From positions 54,500,001 to 54,564,000 of the forward strand of contig NC_086108.1 in NCBI RefSeq assembly GCF_963921235.1: a DNA stretch of 64,000 nucleotides, written 5' to 3'. This document shows positions 50,291-64,000 of this stretch, piece after piece. Numbering within the stretch: position 1 is the stretch's first letter; every line of letters starts with the position of its first letter. Source of the DNA: Mobula hypostoma. Its lineage: Eukaryota. The notes under the pieces were generated by a model. The model was not told the origin of the DNA. It saw only the letters and a list, made by a program, of their open reading frames with translations, and did no database searches. The position numbers were made by a program, and so were the translations under genes.

Positions 50291-51739
50291 TATAGAAAAT
50301 ACCTTTGAAAACCTTTTAGGAGGGAAATATTTCAGCAAAATGGACTTAGCAGAGGCCTACGTACAGACAGAGATGGAAGGAGAGTCCAAAGTGTTTCTCA
50401 CCATAAACACTCATAAAGGGCTTTCTCATTATATGAGGTTTATTTTTGGAGTAGCATTTGCACCCGTACCCTGGCAGAAAGCTATGGACTAGGTGTTGCA
50501 AAACTGCCCAGACACTCAGTTTTACCTGGATGACATCATTGTTACTGATGAGGGTGACAAACAGCATCTCCATAATCTCAAGACGTTGTTAAAAATATCA
50601 GAAGATTGTGTGAGGTCAGTGTCTGGTGTCACTATTATGATCCATATTGTCTAATGAAGCTTGCCTGTGACTCCTGGCCTTATGGTACAAGTGCGGTCAT
50701 GTCACATATTCTGAGTAATGGAAGTGAATGCAACGTAGCCTTTGCATCACATTCCCTTACGGAGAAAAGATGTGCACAGATTGACAGAGAGGCCTTGAGT
50801 CTGGTTTAGGGGGTAAAACATGTAGTGTCCATTTTCAATTCACAGAAGGGTGTTCCACTAACAGCAGCAGCAGCACAAATGCAGAGAAGTGCTCTGTTTC
50901 TTGGAGGACATAATTACAAGATCAAATTCAAAAGGACAACTAATCATGGAAATGCTGATGGTTTGCCCTGTTTACCCTTGGGAAAGGAAACACATGAAAA
51001 ATTTACAAAAGAGGACACTCCTCTTGAAGTATTCTCCTGAATGCAAACCTAAAGTCTCCCTGTTGTGGCAGAGTTGTTCTAAAAGGAAACCAGAAAAGAC
51101 TCCACACTGACTCAGGTCTGCATGGTCACCCAAAATGGCTGGACTGTGCAGCAGAAATTCCTGGTCCCCCATTTTTACCAGTGCTGAGGTGAACTTGCCC
51201 TTACCTTATGTAGGGATTGAGAATTGTTGTACCATCCCATCTGACATGCTGGTCACCTAAATGAAATCTCGGGTCTGAATGAAAACATTGGCTCGAAGCT
51301 TTGTCTGGTGACCTGGGATAGATCAACGGCTTGCCATGTACCATTTGGGATGCCAGCATGTCCAGAAGATGCCAAGAGCAGTGCCTCTCCATCCCTGGGA
51401 ACGGTGGCCTGCATTGCCCTGCAGAGGATTCGTGTGGATGTTGTTTGATCTTTCATGGGAACAGATTTCTTGATGGCAGTGGATGAGCCTCACATATTGC
51501 TGATGTATTGAGAAGCCTCATCACAAGGGTAGGTGTTCCAGAACACTTTGTCGGTGACAATGGACCACAGTTTGTTGTGGAACAGTTTCAGTCATCCTGA
51601 AAATGAACGTTATAAGACATGTTACATCTGCACTGTACCACCCAGCTACAAATGGCCTGGTGAAAAGATTTGTCCAGAGTCTGCAGAAAGCACTGTAAGC
51701 CATGTCAGCAGGATGGAGTACACTGATCTGAGTGAGTTA

Positions 51740-52370
51740 CCAGTTAGTTCAGTTGTGTCACAGCAAGATCCCTGCACTCAACTTCAGCAAGACCAAAGTG
51801 CTGATTGTGGACTTCAGGAAGGGTAAGATAAAGGAACACAAACTAATCCTCATAGAGGTATCAGAAGTGGAGAGAGTGAGCAATTTCAAGTTCCTGGGTG
51901 TCAAGATCTCTGAGGACCTAATCTGAACGCAACATATGAATGCAGCTATAAAGAAGGCAAGGCAGTGGCTTTATTTCATTTGGAGTTTGAGGAGATTTTG
52001 TTTGTCAACTAAAACACTCAAAAACTTCTACAAATGCACCGTATAGAGCATTCTGACTGGCTGCATCACTGTCTGATATGGTTGTGGGGGTGTGGGGTGC
52101 TACTGCATATTATCGAAGTAAGTTGCAGAAACTTGTAAAATTAGTTGGCTCCATCATGGATTCTAGCCTCCGTAGTATCCAAGACATCCTCAAGGAGCGA
52201 TGCCTTAGGAAGGCGGTGCCCATCATCAAGGACCCCCACCACCCAGGACATGGCCTCTTCCCATTCTTACCATTGGGAAGGAGGTACAGAAGCCTGAAGG
52301 CACACATTCCGTGATTCAGGAACAGCTTCTTCCCCTCTGCCATCCATTTTCAAAATGGATATTGAACCCA
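51740..52370 (+). mobile_element. Rex/Babar-type LINE fragment inserted in the Gypsy integrase region
   Basis: KTKVLIVDFRK, FKFLGVKISEDL, IIKDPHHPGH, LPLGRRYRSLK. Confidence 0.82.
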
Positions 52371-54039
52371 ATCAGGAGCTTGCTAATTTTCTCTTTGCAT
52401 ATTGCAATGCAGTACACTCCAATACAATAACTATGCTGTTCTTGGTTTGTGTCTTGCTCTCACACTTGGATTTGCTCAAGCCCAGTCGCAGAAAGTGTAT
52501 GCAGGACTAACAGCTGAGACAAATTAAGGATTCCTCAAACAAAGAGGTTGGATGTTTCACTCTTAGCCAAGCAGTTCTGGTGAGGGAATACAGCGGTGAT
52601 CAAAAATCGGTACTTGGGAAGATTAAGGACAGAACTGAACCACTCTCTTACATAGTGGAGTTTGCATCTGATATCATTTGGAGACAACACATCGATACAC
52701 TGAGGAGAGCAGAGTCAATTGTTAGAGCAGAAAGGTGGATTCCACTGTCAGAACAACTTCCTGCAGTCCCAGAGTCAATCTCTACTACCACCTTGGAGGA
52801 GGCCCCAAAATCTGAGATTGTTTCCCAGCCAGAAGTCTCACCTGTCGAGAAAAGTGACCCTACGCCCCCAATCCCTAGTCAGGAAAGACGTTATCCCACA
52901 AGAGTAAGAAATCTTCCACAGTGATTAAATCTTTAGACCTGAATGGGACAATTTAAAATTTACTATGATGTGGATGTCTATATAGCAGTTGTATTATATA
53001 TTTTACTGTATATAAGATGACTGGAGAGCAAAATGTTGCATTTTTGTGTTGAATGCATTCTATATTGAGATGGAGTTTATAGCTAAGCAGGGAGGAGAGT
53101 AGTATATTAATATTAAACATTCTTTGTCTGTTTACATAATTCATTATGGGTTATATGTGAGATATACGTCATTACACCACCATGTCATATGTGAGTGCCT
53201 CTCCGAAATGAAATGAAGTAGACACATTTTCCTGGACTCCTGTGTTTTTCTTTCAATTAGTTTCTGGAGTTACAAAACATTGCAGAACGGATGCTAAGTC
53301 ACGCCAACAATTACGTAGTGAATGCTATTCATTGCTCCCCAATATCTCAGCACCTTGTTAGATAAGCAAAGAAAATGGAAAAGTGAAATCACAAGGTTAG
53401 TGAAAGGCTGGGCTTGGTGCGCAAATGAGAACGTACTGTGTAAGTTGTGGAGAGCCCCAGATCCACACCATCTGGGCTATACAAATGAAAAGCAAACATT
53501 GGCAGCACTCAGTGGATCAAAGAGCATCGATGTCGATGCTTTTGGTCAAGGACCCCTTATCAGACTGGGAAAGTGAGTAATCAAACAGGTTATGTTGCAG
53601 AGAGGAAGAGGGATGGGGGGGGAAAGGCGGAAAAACCCAGTGGGAATGTCTGTGACAGTATGCTGACTGAAATTGTTTAAGGGGCAACTATTTAAAAATT
53701 TGCGATTTGTGATAGGAAATAAAAGAAAAAAATCAACAATATCTGTGCAGAGAAATGCGGAAGTGAAACCCATTTTTTGACGATCCAATGAGCCAGACAA
53801 ATCTGAGAAATTGAGATTTAATTGATCTCACTAGATGATGACACTCCATGTCAAAGTCCATTGAAAAGTTGTGGCTTTTGTTTTACCCATGATTTCTTCT
53901 AAGCTTGAGCATAAAGCTAAGAAGATCCAGGTTATCATTTTCTCATTCATAAAAGAATCACTGCGACTTTAAAGCCCCAACAACTATTTTGCTAAACATT
54001 GTGACTCAGAGATTCTGTTGGTACGAAATACACAATTTC

Positions 54040-54312
54040 ATTGAGGTGCTACAATAGCGTAACAGTTAGTGTGGCCGGGATGTCAGAGTTCAGAGTTCAT
54101 GTCTGGCGTCTCCTGTAAGCAAGTTTGTACGTTCCTTCCCATGTGTGCTTGGGTTTCCTGCGGGTGCTCCAGTTTCCTTTCACAGTCCAAAGACGTATTG
54201 GTTAGTCGGTTATTTGTTTGTTGTAAATTGTCCCATGATTAGTCTAGGGTTAAATTGGTGGATTGCAGCCTGCACGACTTGAAGTGCTGGAAGGGCCTGT
54301 TCTGCACTGTCA
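54040..54312 (+). mobile_element. HE1/V-SINE-type SINE
   Basis: V-core TGGGTTTCCTGCGGGTGCTCCAGTTTCCTTTCACAGTCCAAAGACG and CR1-like 3' end GAAGGGCCTGTTCTGCACTGT. Confidence 0.75.
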
Positions 54313-55207
54313 CCATACCATTTATACTGGGTAAATGATGCAAATTATTACAGCTAACTGTATTTTAGAGAGCTTATAACAATGCAAAACATCCAATTGT
54401 GCCTTTCCAGAAGTATTAAGAAACTAAATTTAATAACAAGTCAGCTAAAAGCTTGAACACCAAGTGAGATTTTAAGGACTGTCTAAAAGATGAAAGAGTG
54501 ATGGGATGCTTTGGAGGAATTTCAGAGCTTTAAATCTTGCAAAGGACAACCACCTTTGGTGAAGAAATTAATATTGTAAATAATCAGGGGACCAGAACTG
54601 GTGCAATGATATTTTAGCAGATTGTGGGTCACAGGATAGAATGGAACCACATTATCTTGTAACTGAGAAGTAGTGGGTGGAAAGGGAATGGGGGTAAGAG
54701 AGAATGAGTGTGGGAGGAATGGAAGGAGAAGGAGATATTATGAGCGTGGGATTAAGAGTGAGAGGTGAAGGTGTGTATGGGAGGGAGAGGGAGGAATTGA
54801 ATGTGTCAGAGCAAGGAGGGCATGGGAAAGCTGGAGGAATGGGTATGTTTAGTAGGAGATGGGAGGAAGGGAAGTGGGAGCATAGGAAGGGAGTTGGAGG
54901 AAGGTGGAGAGAGAACTTGTGGAGTCCAAGGAGGAGGGTGTGCAGGTTGAGTATGGGATAGGAATAGATGATATGACTGGGTGTAAAGGGAGAAAGGACA
55001 GCAGCGATTGGAGTTGGGGAGTTCTTCTGCTATGTTGTAAGATATCATATGTTTCAATGAACATGGCAGATGATGAAAACTTTCTGCGAATTTCAGTTTT
55101 CAACTGATCAAAGTTTGATGCTTTCTCCTTATTTGAGTGACCTTGTGTCTGATCTTGCATCACTTAATATTTCAAAATGTATTTATTACTTCTTACCTGA
55201 ATTTTTT

Positions 55208-55430
55208 ATTTAATTTTTATTTATTTTATTTAGAGATACTGTGTGGAACAGGGCCTTCTGGTGCAACGAGCTGCACCACCCAGAAACCCGCCTAAGAGGT
55301 AAATCACAGAACAATTTACAATGATCAATTAACCTACTAATCGGTACGTCTTTGGACTGTGGAAGGAAACCGGAGCCCCTGGAGTAAACCCACATGATTC
55401 ACAGGGAGAACAGACAAATCCTTACGGAAT
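55208..55430 (-). mobile_element. HE1/V-SINE-type SINE
   Basis: Reverse-strand V-core (CTCCGGTTTCCTTCCACAGTCCAAAGACG) with an (AAAT)n tail. Confidence 0.72.
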
Positions 55431-55999
55431 GAATCGCTGTCTGTAAGTTAGATGTGAGCACTCTTCACAGATTGCCAACACAATTGAGATCTCTTCCCCG
55501 TTTGGAAAAGTTGAAACTGAGGATGAAAGCAACAATGCAGAAGTTGTATCTTTTGACAGCAATAAAAGTGGTGAACTACTGTTGTTATTTTAAATAGTTT
55601 GAAGTAGACAGCACAGGATCAGAATCAGACTTAATATCACTAGCATATGTCATGAAATATGTTGTTTTGTGGCACCAGTACATTACAATACATAATAATA
55701 AAAAATACAAATTACAAATATATATATATATATAAAACATTAAATAAGTAGTGCAAAAGGAGACAAATAAACAGAAAGGAATTATTTCAAATACTGTAAA
55801 ATATGTATATCAAGATCTACAGAATGTGACAGCAAACATAATTAGAAAGCAAATAAGGGAGGAGGTGAAGCAGCAGAACTTGTTTTTCAGATATATGATT
55901 ACAAAATGTCAACAAGAAAAAAATATCTTTAGTTGTGCACTACATAGCAGTATTTTATTCTAATTTCCATGCCAGCATAAAACTTGAAGTTAACTCACT

Positions 56000-57190
56000 C
56001 CTGGAGAAAATAAAACTTGCTTCACAAATGCAACATTGATAAGAATGTGTGTACAGGTCAGTGTTGTGATGGGGCTGTTATGATATCCAGCTACAATCAG
56101 AATTATAGAGAAGTTTTGTACAAAAATACTGTCAGCAGTTTACATAGACCTCCACCTGTGGAGAAGGTAACCTCGTCACAAATATGGCTATATTGTAAAC
56201 ATAATTTTAGCTAATATCTCAGCTGTTGTGCTGTATACCAGCTTACTTTACAACTGTACTCATTCTTTTCATTTAGTTTTAGTTGACTGTGTTAATAGTT
56301 CAGACCTTGCTGAGTTTTCCCTAACTATATTTCAATGGTACAATTAGTTTCATCGACTAATTTACAAGATTTGTTTACTCAAAAAAAAAGAAATTTGAGT
56401 CCTCAAAGGATTAGAAAGATTTGACCCATAAGGAATTTGTCAATAAGTTGCTCACTGGGAAAACAAAAACAATGTCAGCATTATGTATAGCATTAACTGA
56501 TGTCATCAACTCGTCAAATCTGCACAGAGTATCAGGATAAGTGCAATGAATAAACAAGATTGATCGGTCATTTACAGCCAATCTCAATATGATGGAAAAT
56601 CTTCCCTAATTTACAAAAACAATGCCTGATCATTATCTGTCTCCTGGCATGCGGCTGGTTTCTGCAATTAATCTTCTTGACTTGGTTATATTTGCCCTCA
56701 GGAATACATGGAATAAAGAAGAGAGTAGAGCAAGTGATCTGTGTGGACTTGGAGAGTAGAGCAAGTGATCTGTGTGGACTTGCTGGAATCAAAATGGAGC
56801 AGATTCAAGAGACGAGGAAAAACGGCACAACCATTCTGTATAGAGCAGTTCATTATGCATTCTGAAATAGGGAAACAACTCTATTTCAGAACAACCCTGC
56901 CCTTCACAACATCTGATAATTATCAGATTACATCCAGTAATAAACAACTTAATTAGTGGATTAAATCAATGCTTTTCCCATAACTCTTGCAATATCTTGA
57001 ATTTTATTTCATATATTGGTTCTATTAATCTTTATAATATTGTGAGTCAACTACAAGTCTATGAATTTACCACTTTAAGAGACATCCAAACTAGCAATCT
57101 CACTTCACTTTCTGTAACTAGAATGAACGTATTCGATGCTGACAAGATCATCGAGGCACTTTCCACAAATTAAGAAGGTGAAGTCTCTGT
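56000..57190 (+). mobile_element. possible very old hAT transposase remnant
   Basis: CTGQCCDGAVMISS resembles the hAT GQxYDGAxxMSG motif; ~57090-57175 resembles the hAT C-terminal dimerisation tail. No TIRs seen. Confidence 0.3.
56721..56782. repeat. perfect 31-bp tandem duplication
   Basis: GAGAGTAGAGCAAGTGATCTGTGTGGACTTG x2. Confidence 0.95.
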
Positions 57191-58296
57191 TGTGATCGGC
57201 AGGAAAGCATTTCTTGTTGCAATTCTTCACTTTGCTTTCAATAAGGATCCCACAGAAATAGAGCTAATCTTCAGAATTAAATACAAATTACTCAACCTAA
57301 ACCAGCAAGATTCATCCAAGCTCATTATAGTAGCTGTGATATGCAAACAATGATATGTTTAGAGGCCTAAATCCAAGTCGCAGTTCATTCACGGAATCAT
57401 ATGTTGAGGGGCCTGCACTCAACTTCCACAAGACAAACTTGTCTGCAGTAGAGTGTCACCCTTATGGCAATATCCTTCAAAGTGTAGCTTGGGAGGTACC
57501 TCTCTGCAAGGACAAAGAGGAAGATTGATGAGGCAATTCGCCATCCTCTCCAATGCAGAAGCATAACCTTCTATCACAGGAAAGCAGCATAAGGTTTAAC
57601 ACAGCAACAATGTATCTGCAAAATCATTAAGTAAAACAGAGGCATAAGTTAAAGAATATCATTATTTTCTCATGGGCTAAAATCCCAGGCACGAAAGCAG
57701 AATTACATTCCATCGGCTACATTAAGCATACCCTTGAAAACAAACAATCTATTCTGAGCTCTATCATGGGAAGAAATTTTCTCAAAGCTTCCTCAAAACT
57801 TCCTCAAAACAATGCAAAATCCCTTCTGACTCTTGGAACCCATGATCCATGACCTAATGTTGGAGACAGATTGGGATGACGCTGAGAATTTGCTTCAATG
57901 TGTTGGAAGTAAAAAGAAAGCCAGTATGAATGGTCAAAGGAATGCAGCACCTTGCAAACCACCCACATATTAACACCACTGGGCAAGTTGCACCTCATCT
58001 GTCGGTAAGTCTGTGGGTACTCCATCAGCCATCAGAACACATAGAACTGGAGTGGGAGTAAACCGTCCTCTATTCTGAAAGATTGCCTCAGAAGAAAGAA
58101 GTAACTTAGTTAGTATTTTCTGTGCTTTTAAAAAAATTTATATTTTAGTTTCTCATTGATGTAGTGAAAACCATGAAGGTATGTTTCAGAAATGACAGAT
58201 TTACATCTCGAATTTTGCTGTTTCATGCTTTCATGCACTTTTTGTGTTTTTGAATGATATTTTAGTTTTCTAAGAGCTGAATTGCTCTTGTTGGTT

Positions 58297-61200
58297 GACA
58301 AACTTAGCATGGGTAAACACTAACACATTTTATTCTGAACCGTGTTCAACACTGAGCACGTGCAACCAGTTCACCATTGTCACTTCCGGTTCTGGGGTGA
58401 ACCACTCACAATGCCCATTGGGAACTGAAGTTCTTTATTATGTACACACGTACTAGCACATCTTCCCCTTTTAAAGAAAAAACAAACACAATACTATGTC
58501 CTCATAAACCTGCAAGGAACAATATTACTTTCGAACAAAAATATCTACATTAAACAATTGTAATGAGCAACACAGTTCCTTATTCACTTATCAACTGTCA
58601 ATCAGTCTCTGACGTGGTTTGTTGATCCTTTTTGATCTGATTTTTTTTGCACAGATATATTGCTTTCATTTGCGGCATTAATATTCATGGATTTCTGAGA
58701 ACTCTGATCAACATGTCCAATTTTTACATCTGCGGGCCCCTTTGGTGTACTGACAGGTGATGTGTCACAGTTATGGATTGGAGATTGTGATCATAAATCC
58801 ACACAGTTCCTTCTTAGAGGTGTCCCTCAATACACCTGGATCTGAAAAGAATGTGGAACTACTTCTTCTTACACATATTCTTCCATGGACCATGTGCCAG
58901 AATTGTGCTCTTGGATCCGGACTTGGTCTCCAGGCTTCAGGACTGATATGTTTTTCGCAGTCTTGTCATGATACTGTTTCCATTTTTCTTTCCCTTTCAC
59001 TTTAGCCAGTTTGATCTTGTGTGCTCCTTTAAGTATCAACAGGTTTTTGTGCACTGGCAGGTTAATGTGTTTGCATTGAACCATCAGTATTTGGCTGGTG
59101 AAAGTCCATTCTGCAGTGGCGCACTTCTGTAAATCATCAAATTCTGTGGAAATTGCCTCGTCCATCTTGTGTTTTCTTCTTCATGAGGCCTTTCATTACC
59201 TTTACCAAACGCTCTGCTGGGCTATTAGATTTTGAGTGATGTGGGCTTTAAGTTATATGTTTAAACCCCCAGTCATAGGCAAAAGAATCAAATTCACAGT
59301 TCGAAAATTGTGGACTATTGTGTAATACCACTTCATCTGAAACTCCATGCCTCACAAACACATCTTTTAGGAAGGTGATAACTGCTTTGCTGGACGTTAA
59401 TTGCAGTGCTGCAACCTCTGGTTAATTGGAAAAGTAGTTTGTTACAATAATATGACTGTTCCCATTACAACAAACAAATCCATTCCAACTTTGAAGTACA
59501 GCCTGTCTGGTACAGGGTGTGGAGTAAGCTGTTCTGCTTGTTGATTTGGTCTGTAGGTAAGGCATATTTCACATGAAGCAGTGGTCAGGCTGATGTCTTG
59601 GTTCATTCTTTGCCAGTACATCACTTCCCAAGCTCTATGTTTACATTCTTCCTCACTAAGATGCCCTTTGTGTATCTCCTGGAGCAGCACAGGAGTCACA
59701 AACCTGTTCCCTTTGAAGACAATATTTTCCACTACTGACAGTTCAGCTCTGCATGCCAAAAATCCGATATACACATTGGACAGTCATTTTTAACTGCTGG
59801 CCATCCTTTCTGTATTGTCTGTTTGAGTACTTTCATTGCTTCATCCTTCCCTGCTGCTTTCTTAATCTTCTCCGTTCTATCAGGAGATACTGGAATGGAG
59901 ATCACAATCATGTCAACATAGGGCTGTATATCAGCATTAATCTCTTTTCCCTCTTTTTGACTGCTTGAGACATCACATCAGTAGTATTTTCCAGGTGTGT
60001 AGATTATTTTCACTTCATACTTCTGCAGCCTTATCAACATACACTGTATCCTCATGGGACAGTCATTCAATACTTTGGACATAATTGATATCAGTAGTCT
60101 GTCTCCTTCTCAAAAGCTTGTCCATAGATGTACTGATGGAACCTTTCACGTGCATATGTGCTGGTGAAAAGCTCCTTCTCTATTTGTGTGTAGTTGGCTT
60201 CTGCACTTGTTAAATCCCTTGATGCATAGGCCGCAGGCTGTCATGTGTCATCATGCTGCTGCAGTAGTACTGCTCCAAGGCCGTACAGAGACACATCAGC
60301 CACGATCCTAGTACACCTTACCGGATTGTGAAACGTCAGCAGGGGCTCTTCAGTAAGGACTTTCTTCAGCCTCCGGAAACACTTTTCTTGCTCATGACAC
60401 CAAAACCACACATTTCGCTGCTCAAGGAGTGACCTAAGTGGTGCTGACACAGTAGATAATTGGAGGATGAGCTTAGCCAGGTAAATCATCATGCCCTGGA
60501 AATGTCTCACCCCCTCTTTGTTTTGCGGCCTCTCCATGTTGTCGATGGCTAATGTCTTTCTTGGGTTAGGGTTCACTCGCTCTTCCGATATGACATCTCC
60601 TATGAAAGTCAGTGTCTTAACACCAAACTCACATTTCTCTTTATTTAATTTCAAATTGACATTCCATGTCACATCTAGCATCTGTCTCAGTCATGCATTA
60701 TGCTCATCCTTAGTGGACACTCAGATGATGAGATCATCCATTATGGTCTCAACATCATGTATGCCCTCAAAGATCATGTGGATGGTTTTATATTAGATAT
60801 CGAGTGCAGACAGGATCCGATATGGTAGCCGAAGATAGTGATATCTCCCCTCAGGTGTGCTGAAATAACACAGTCTCGAACTTGCCTCGTCAAGCTTCAT
60901 CTGCCAAAACCCAGATGATGCATCGAGCTTGCTAAACCACTTGGCACCTGCAAACTGGGACAGGATCTGCTCCCATGCTGGCAATCTAACATGCTCTCTC
61001 TTGATGGCTTTATTGAAATCTCTTGGAATGAGAAATATCCACAATGCTCCATTTTTCTTTTGCACAATGACCGGTGAGCTCACCCAATCTGTTGGTTCTT
61101 CTATCTTCTGTATATTTATCTGTTCCTTGTGTGCTAGTTCTTGTTTATGTTTGTCTCTTAGTGCAAACAGAACTTCCCTGTATGCATGGACAACAGCATA

Positions 61201-62667
61201 CTTCATCTATATGAATTTTTTGTACAACAGGCAAGCATCCAAGCCCCTCAAAGACATTTGTGTACTGTTCCATGAGTGAAGTCTGGTCATCTTTGGACTG
61301 TGAAGCCACTACGAAAACTCTTTTCAAGAGGTTGACCTTAACACATTCACTCAGACTTAATATTAGCTATACTCTCTTTTCTACAATCGGTATCTGCGCC
61401 ATTAGGTGCTGCCCTTGTGCTTGGAGGTCACTATACAGTTCGCTTCTGCAAGAACATTCTCTCCAGTATAGCCTGTCACTTTTAATTTCATTGGGTAAAT
61501 ATTGCTCTTTACTTTGAGAGTCTTGTAATCATCGATGGATAACAGATTCAGCTAGGCTCTGTTGTCGAGCTTGAATGGAATTACTGTCTCATTCACAATC
61601 ACTGGAACAATCCATTCTCTCATACCAGCACCAGTAATCTGCTGAGAATCTATAAAGATTTTCCTCAGCAATAGTGTGTATCTTTCTCTTGGTAGCCCCA
61701 GCTTTGCAGGACTTTGAAAAATGATTATTCTTTCCACAATTATTGCAGTTCTTTCCTTAAGCAGGGCATGTCTTTTGAATGTGCCTACCTCTACATGTGC
61801 TGCATTTGCTGCTTAAGTCTTCCTTTTTGCTTTGCTATTGCTTTGAGAAACGCCTTCTGCTCTGCCCCTCTGTTTTCACAGCATGCACTGTCGAGTCAGC
61901 TCTGTGCAGCTCCTTAGCTTGTGCTTGTGTGTTTCTGCTGCCTTACATGTATCCACAGCCTTTTTCAGCGTCAGACTTTTTTTCACGGAGCAATCTCTTT
62001 CTGAGCCCATTATCTGAGTTTCCACAAACTATTTTGTTTTTAACTAGTGAGTCTCTCAAATCTCCAAACTCACAGGACTTACTCAGTGTGTGAAGCTTGA
62101 CTAAGTATTGGTCAAAGCTAACACCTTGTTTCTAGTCACAGGAAAAGAACTTGTTTTTCTCAAACAAGATGTTTTTAGTTGGGACAAAATACTCCTCAAA
62201 TTTTGTCATCAGGGTGTCTAATGTAAAGCCTGTCTCATCAATTTGAAAGCTGTTATAGTTGTCCAAAGCATCTTCACCAATTACATTTCGAAAAATAGAG
62301 ACTTCCAATTTTTCAACAACCGCTCCAAGTCTGCTAGCTGAAAATATATGTTGAATTGCTGTCTGAGGCATTTCCAGTTATCCATTAAATTGCAGGTAAA
62401 CTGCATAGGTGTGGGACTACTTAGCTTATCCATGATGGGAATTTTCAGCCTTTCACCTGAATTTCCTGGTGAATTTAGGGACACTATGTGTTCTCTTACC
62501 TTGCTGCCCGTCTTTTTTTTCATTGGAACTAGTGTCTCTCAGTCATCATGGTATTCATTTATGCTCACACTGACTTCTGACACCATGTTACATTTATTCT
62601 TAATAAAGACAAACTTAATGTGTGTAAAAACTAACACGTTTGATTCTGTACACTGTTCAACACTAAA
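58297..62667 (-). mobile_element. decayed Ty3/Gypsy LTR retrotransposon with partial LTRs (58297-58460, 62586-62667)
   Basis: PBS TGGTGTCAGAAGT (62573-62585, tRNA-Leu-complementary), PPT AAAAGGGGAAGA (58461-58472). RT DWVSSPVIVQKKNG, FSKLDASSGFWQ, IMDD; RNase H ADVSLYGLGAVLLQ; integrase zinc-binding IHKGHL...CEIC. Confidence 0.9.
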
Positions 62668-62669
62668 GT

Positions 62670-62920
62670 TTGTGAGTTCTCCCTGAGGTGACATCATTTC
62701 ACCTGGGACCTCTGGTTTCTGTCCATGTCTTGATGCCATGCTGGCTGTCAAGCCATTAACTACTGTAAAGTATCCCTCATGTAGGTGGGGCAGGGGAATT
62801 GAGAGGGGGACCAGGGGATTTGATGGGAACATGGGAGACAAAGTGGAATTAATGGAGATAAGTGCTTGATGGGTGGTCCAGATACAATGGGCCAAAGGGC
62901 TTGCTGCTGTTCTCTATGAC
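62670..62920 (+). mobile_element. decayed V-SINE truncating the 5' LTR
   Basis: Degenerate V-core; tail ATGGGCCAAAGGGC..CTGTTCTCTATGAC. Confidence 0.5.
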
Positions 62921-63159
62921 TTCATATATTTGGACTTTAGTTTGATGGGAATTGTTTGATTTCCAGAAATGCGAACTCAAGTTTGCTTAGTTGCAGTTTA
63001 TTTTTCTTTAGATGGCTAATTAAGACAATGTAATACAGTAAATCATCTGAGATGATGTATGCAATGAGGTTTGATCTAACCAGGTAGGGGAAAGCGTCAT
63101 TTAATTGCTCACCCAGGCGTGGTTAGGATCCATGGTCTGATTGGTCAACTATTGTTTTA

Positions 63160-63542
63160 TTAGAAATGGAAGAGTTAGGAGAGGAGATCTTATTGAAAAC
63201 ATAGAACATCTAGAGGATCTGACAGGAAGGATCCTGAAATGTTATTTCCCCTAGCTAAGGCATCTGAAACAAATTTTCTCAAAACAAGCAGCCAATCGCC
63301 GAGACGAGAAAAATATCAGTTACTCGAAGAATCATGAATCTTTTGACTTCTCCATTAAGAGGGCAGCGGAGGCTTATTTCCTAGGTATATGCTAAACAGA
63401 TATTGATAGATTTTTGGTCATTATGTAATTCAATGTATGTGGCATTTATACAAGAAAGTAGCACTGAGGTAAGAGATCAGGTAAAAAGTGTGATAAGCTA
63501 AAAGTCTGCTCCTGTTCCTGCTTCATATATCTTATGTTCTTA
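63160..63542 (+). mobile_element. decayed CR1 3' end
   Basis: RGDLIE motif and TCTTATGTTCTTA tail. Confidence 0.6.
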
Positions 63543-64000
63543 TAACATTTTACCAAATTTAACGTAATTATTTTTTGTATTATTCATTTACTTATCCTTA
63601 TTCCCCTTACAATCATTGTTCTAGCAAACTGTAATAATTAAATCTAATCTGTTTGCAGATAATCTATACTTTCATTTCCATTCAAAAGTAATATAATTAA
63701 ACCACATACTTCTCGGTGTTGCTAAAAATGGCTAAATAACCCTTGGCCGGAAGATCTATCGTGCTCCTTTTCCACCCCTATAGAAAGAGGCTGACGCCAT
63801 ACTTGGATTTATTTGACTTCCTTTCATCCAATGACCTCATTTATCAAGCCAATTTTTCATACATTTTAACTGCCTTATCAGCTTGTCCTGCCATTTGGAG
63901 AATCATATTTCTATTGGTTTTTAAATACTTATGTAGAAAGATAGGCTAACTTACATCCTAAACCTGAGCGAGGCTAATTTTGATGGCATTAGACAGGAAC

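Larger units (their letters stand above)
47178..53284 (+). mobile_element. decayed Ty3/Gypsy LTR retrotransposon (LTRs 47178-47407 and 53100-53284)
   Basis: Diverged direct repeats. PBS TGGTGATGAG (CpG-decayed TGGCGACGAG, tRNA-Ser-like), PPT AAGCAGGGAGGAGAG. Gag CYRCGRGSHSPDQC, protease ELDTGSA, RT WATPVVPV and YLDD (~50523), RNase H LACDS and AQIDREAL, integrase remnants. Confidence 0.9.

Noticed and set aside
54660..55020. G/A-rich strand-skewed tract (similar at 11270-11590)
   Set aside because: No periodicity or credible ORF; probably a decayed reverse pLTR or low-complexity sequence.
56721..56782. 31-bp direct repeat as a CRISPR-like array
   Set aside because: Only two abutting copies with no spacer, in a eukaryotic context; a simple tandem duplication.

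Overview
AT-rich, repeat-dense vertebrate genomic DNA. The repeat content (CR1/HER1-type LINEs, HE1/V-SINEs, many Penelope-like elements) points to an elasmobranch; this is inference. I found no intact cellular protein-coding ORF: the long ORFs are transposon remnants or chance. The one clearly recognisable host gene is a mir-101 hairpin of the mir-101-1 type on the minus strand (32775-32849). Three CpG-enriched islands stand out. One at ~44.2-45.1 kb is the probable promoter and 5' exons of the miR-101 host transcript. One at ~22-24 kb is repeat-free, with clustered STAT/GAS-type sites and a perfect minus-strand splice donor. One at ~9.7-10.8 kb is a housekeeping-type promoter (ZNF143, E-box, GC box) with a non-coding first exon, by vertebrate synteny probably JAK1. 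The rest is nested mobile DNA: Penelope-like elements (PLEs) with minimal hammerhead ribozymes, two decayed Ty3/Gypsy LTR elements, a Tc1 transposon, CR1 and Rex/Babar-type LINEs and SINEs. The most unusual structure is a young inverted PLE insertion (46180-47077) with a perfect 15-bp target-site duplication (TSD) and a tRNA-Gly(TCC) fragment captured at its inversion junction.
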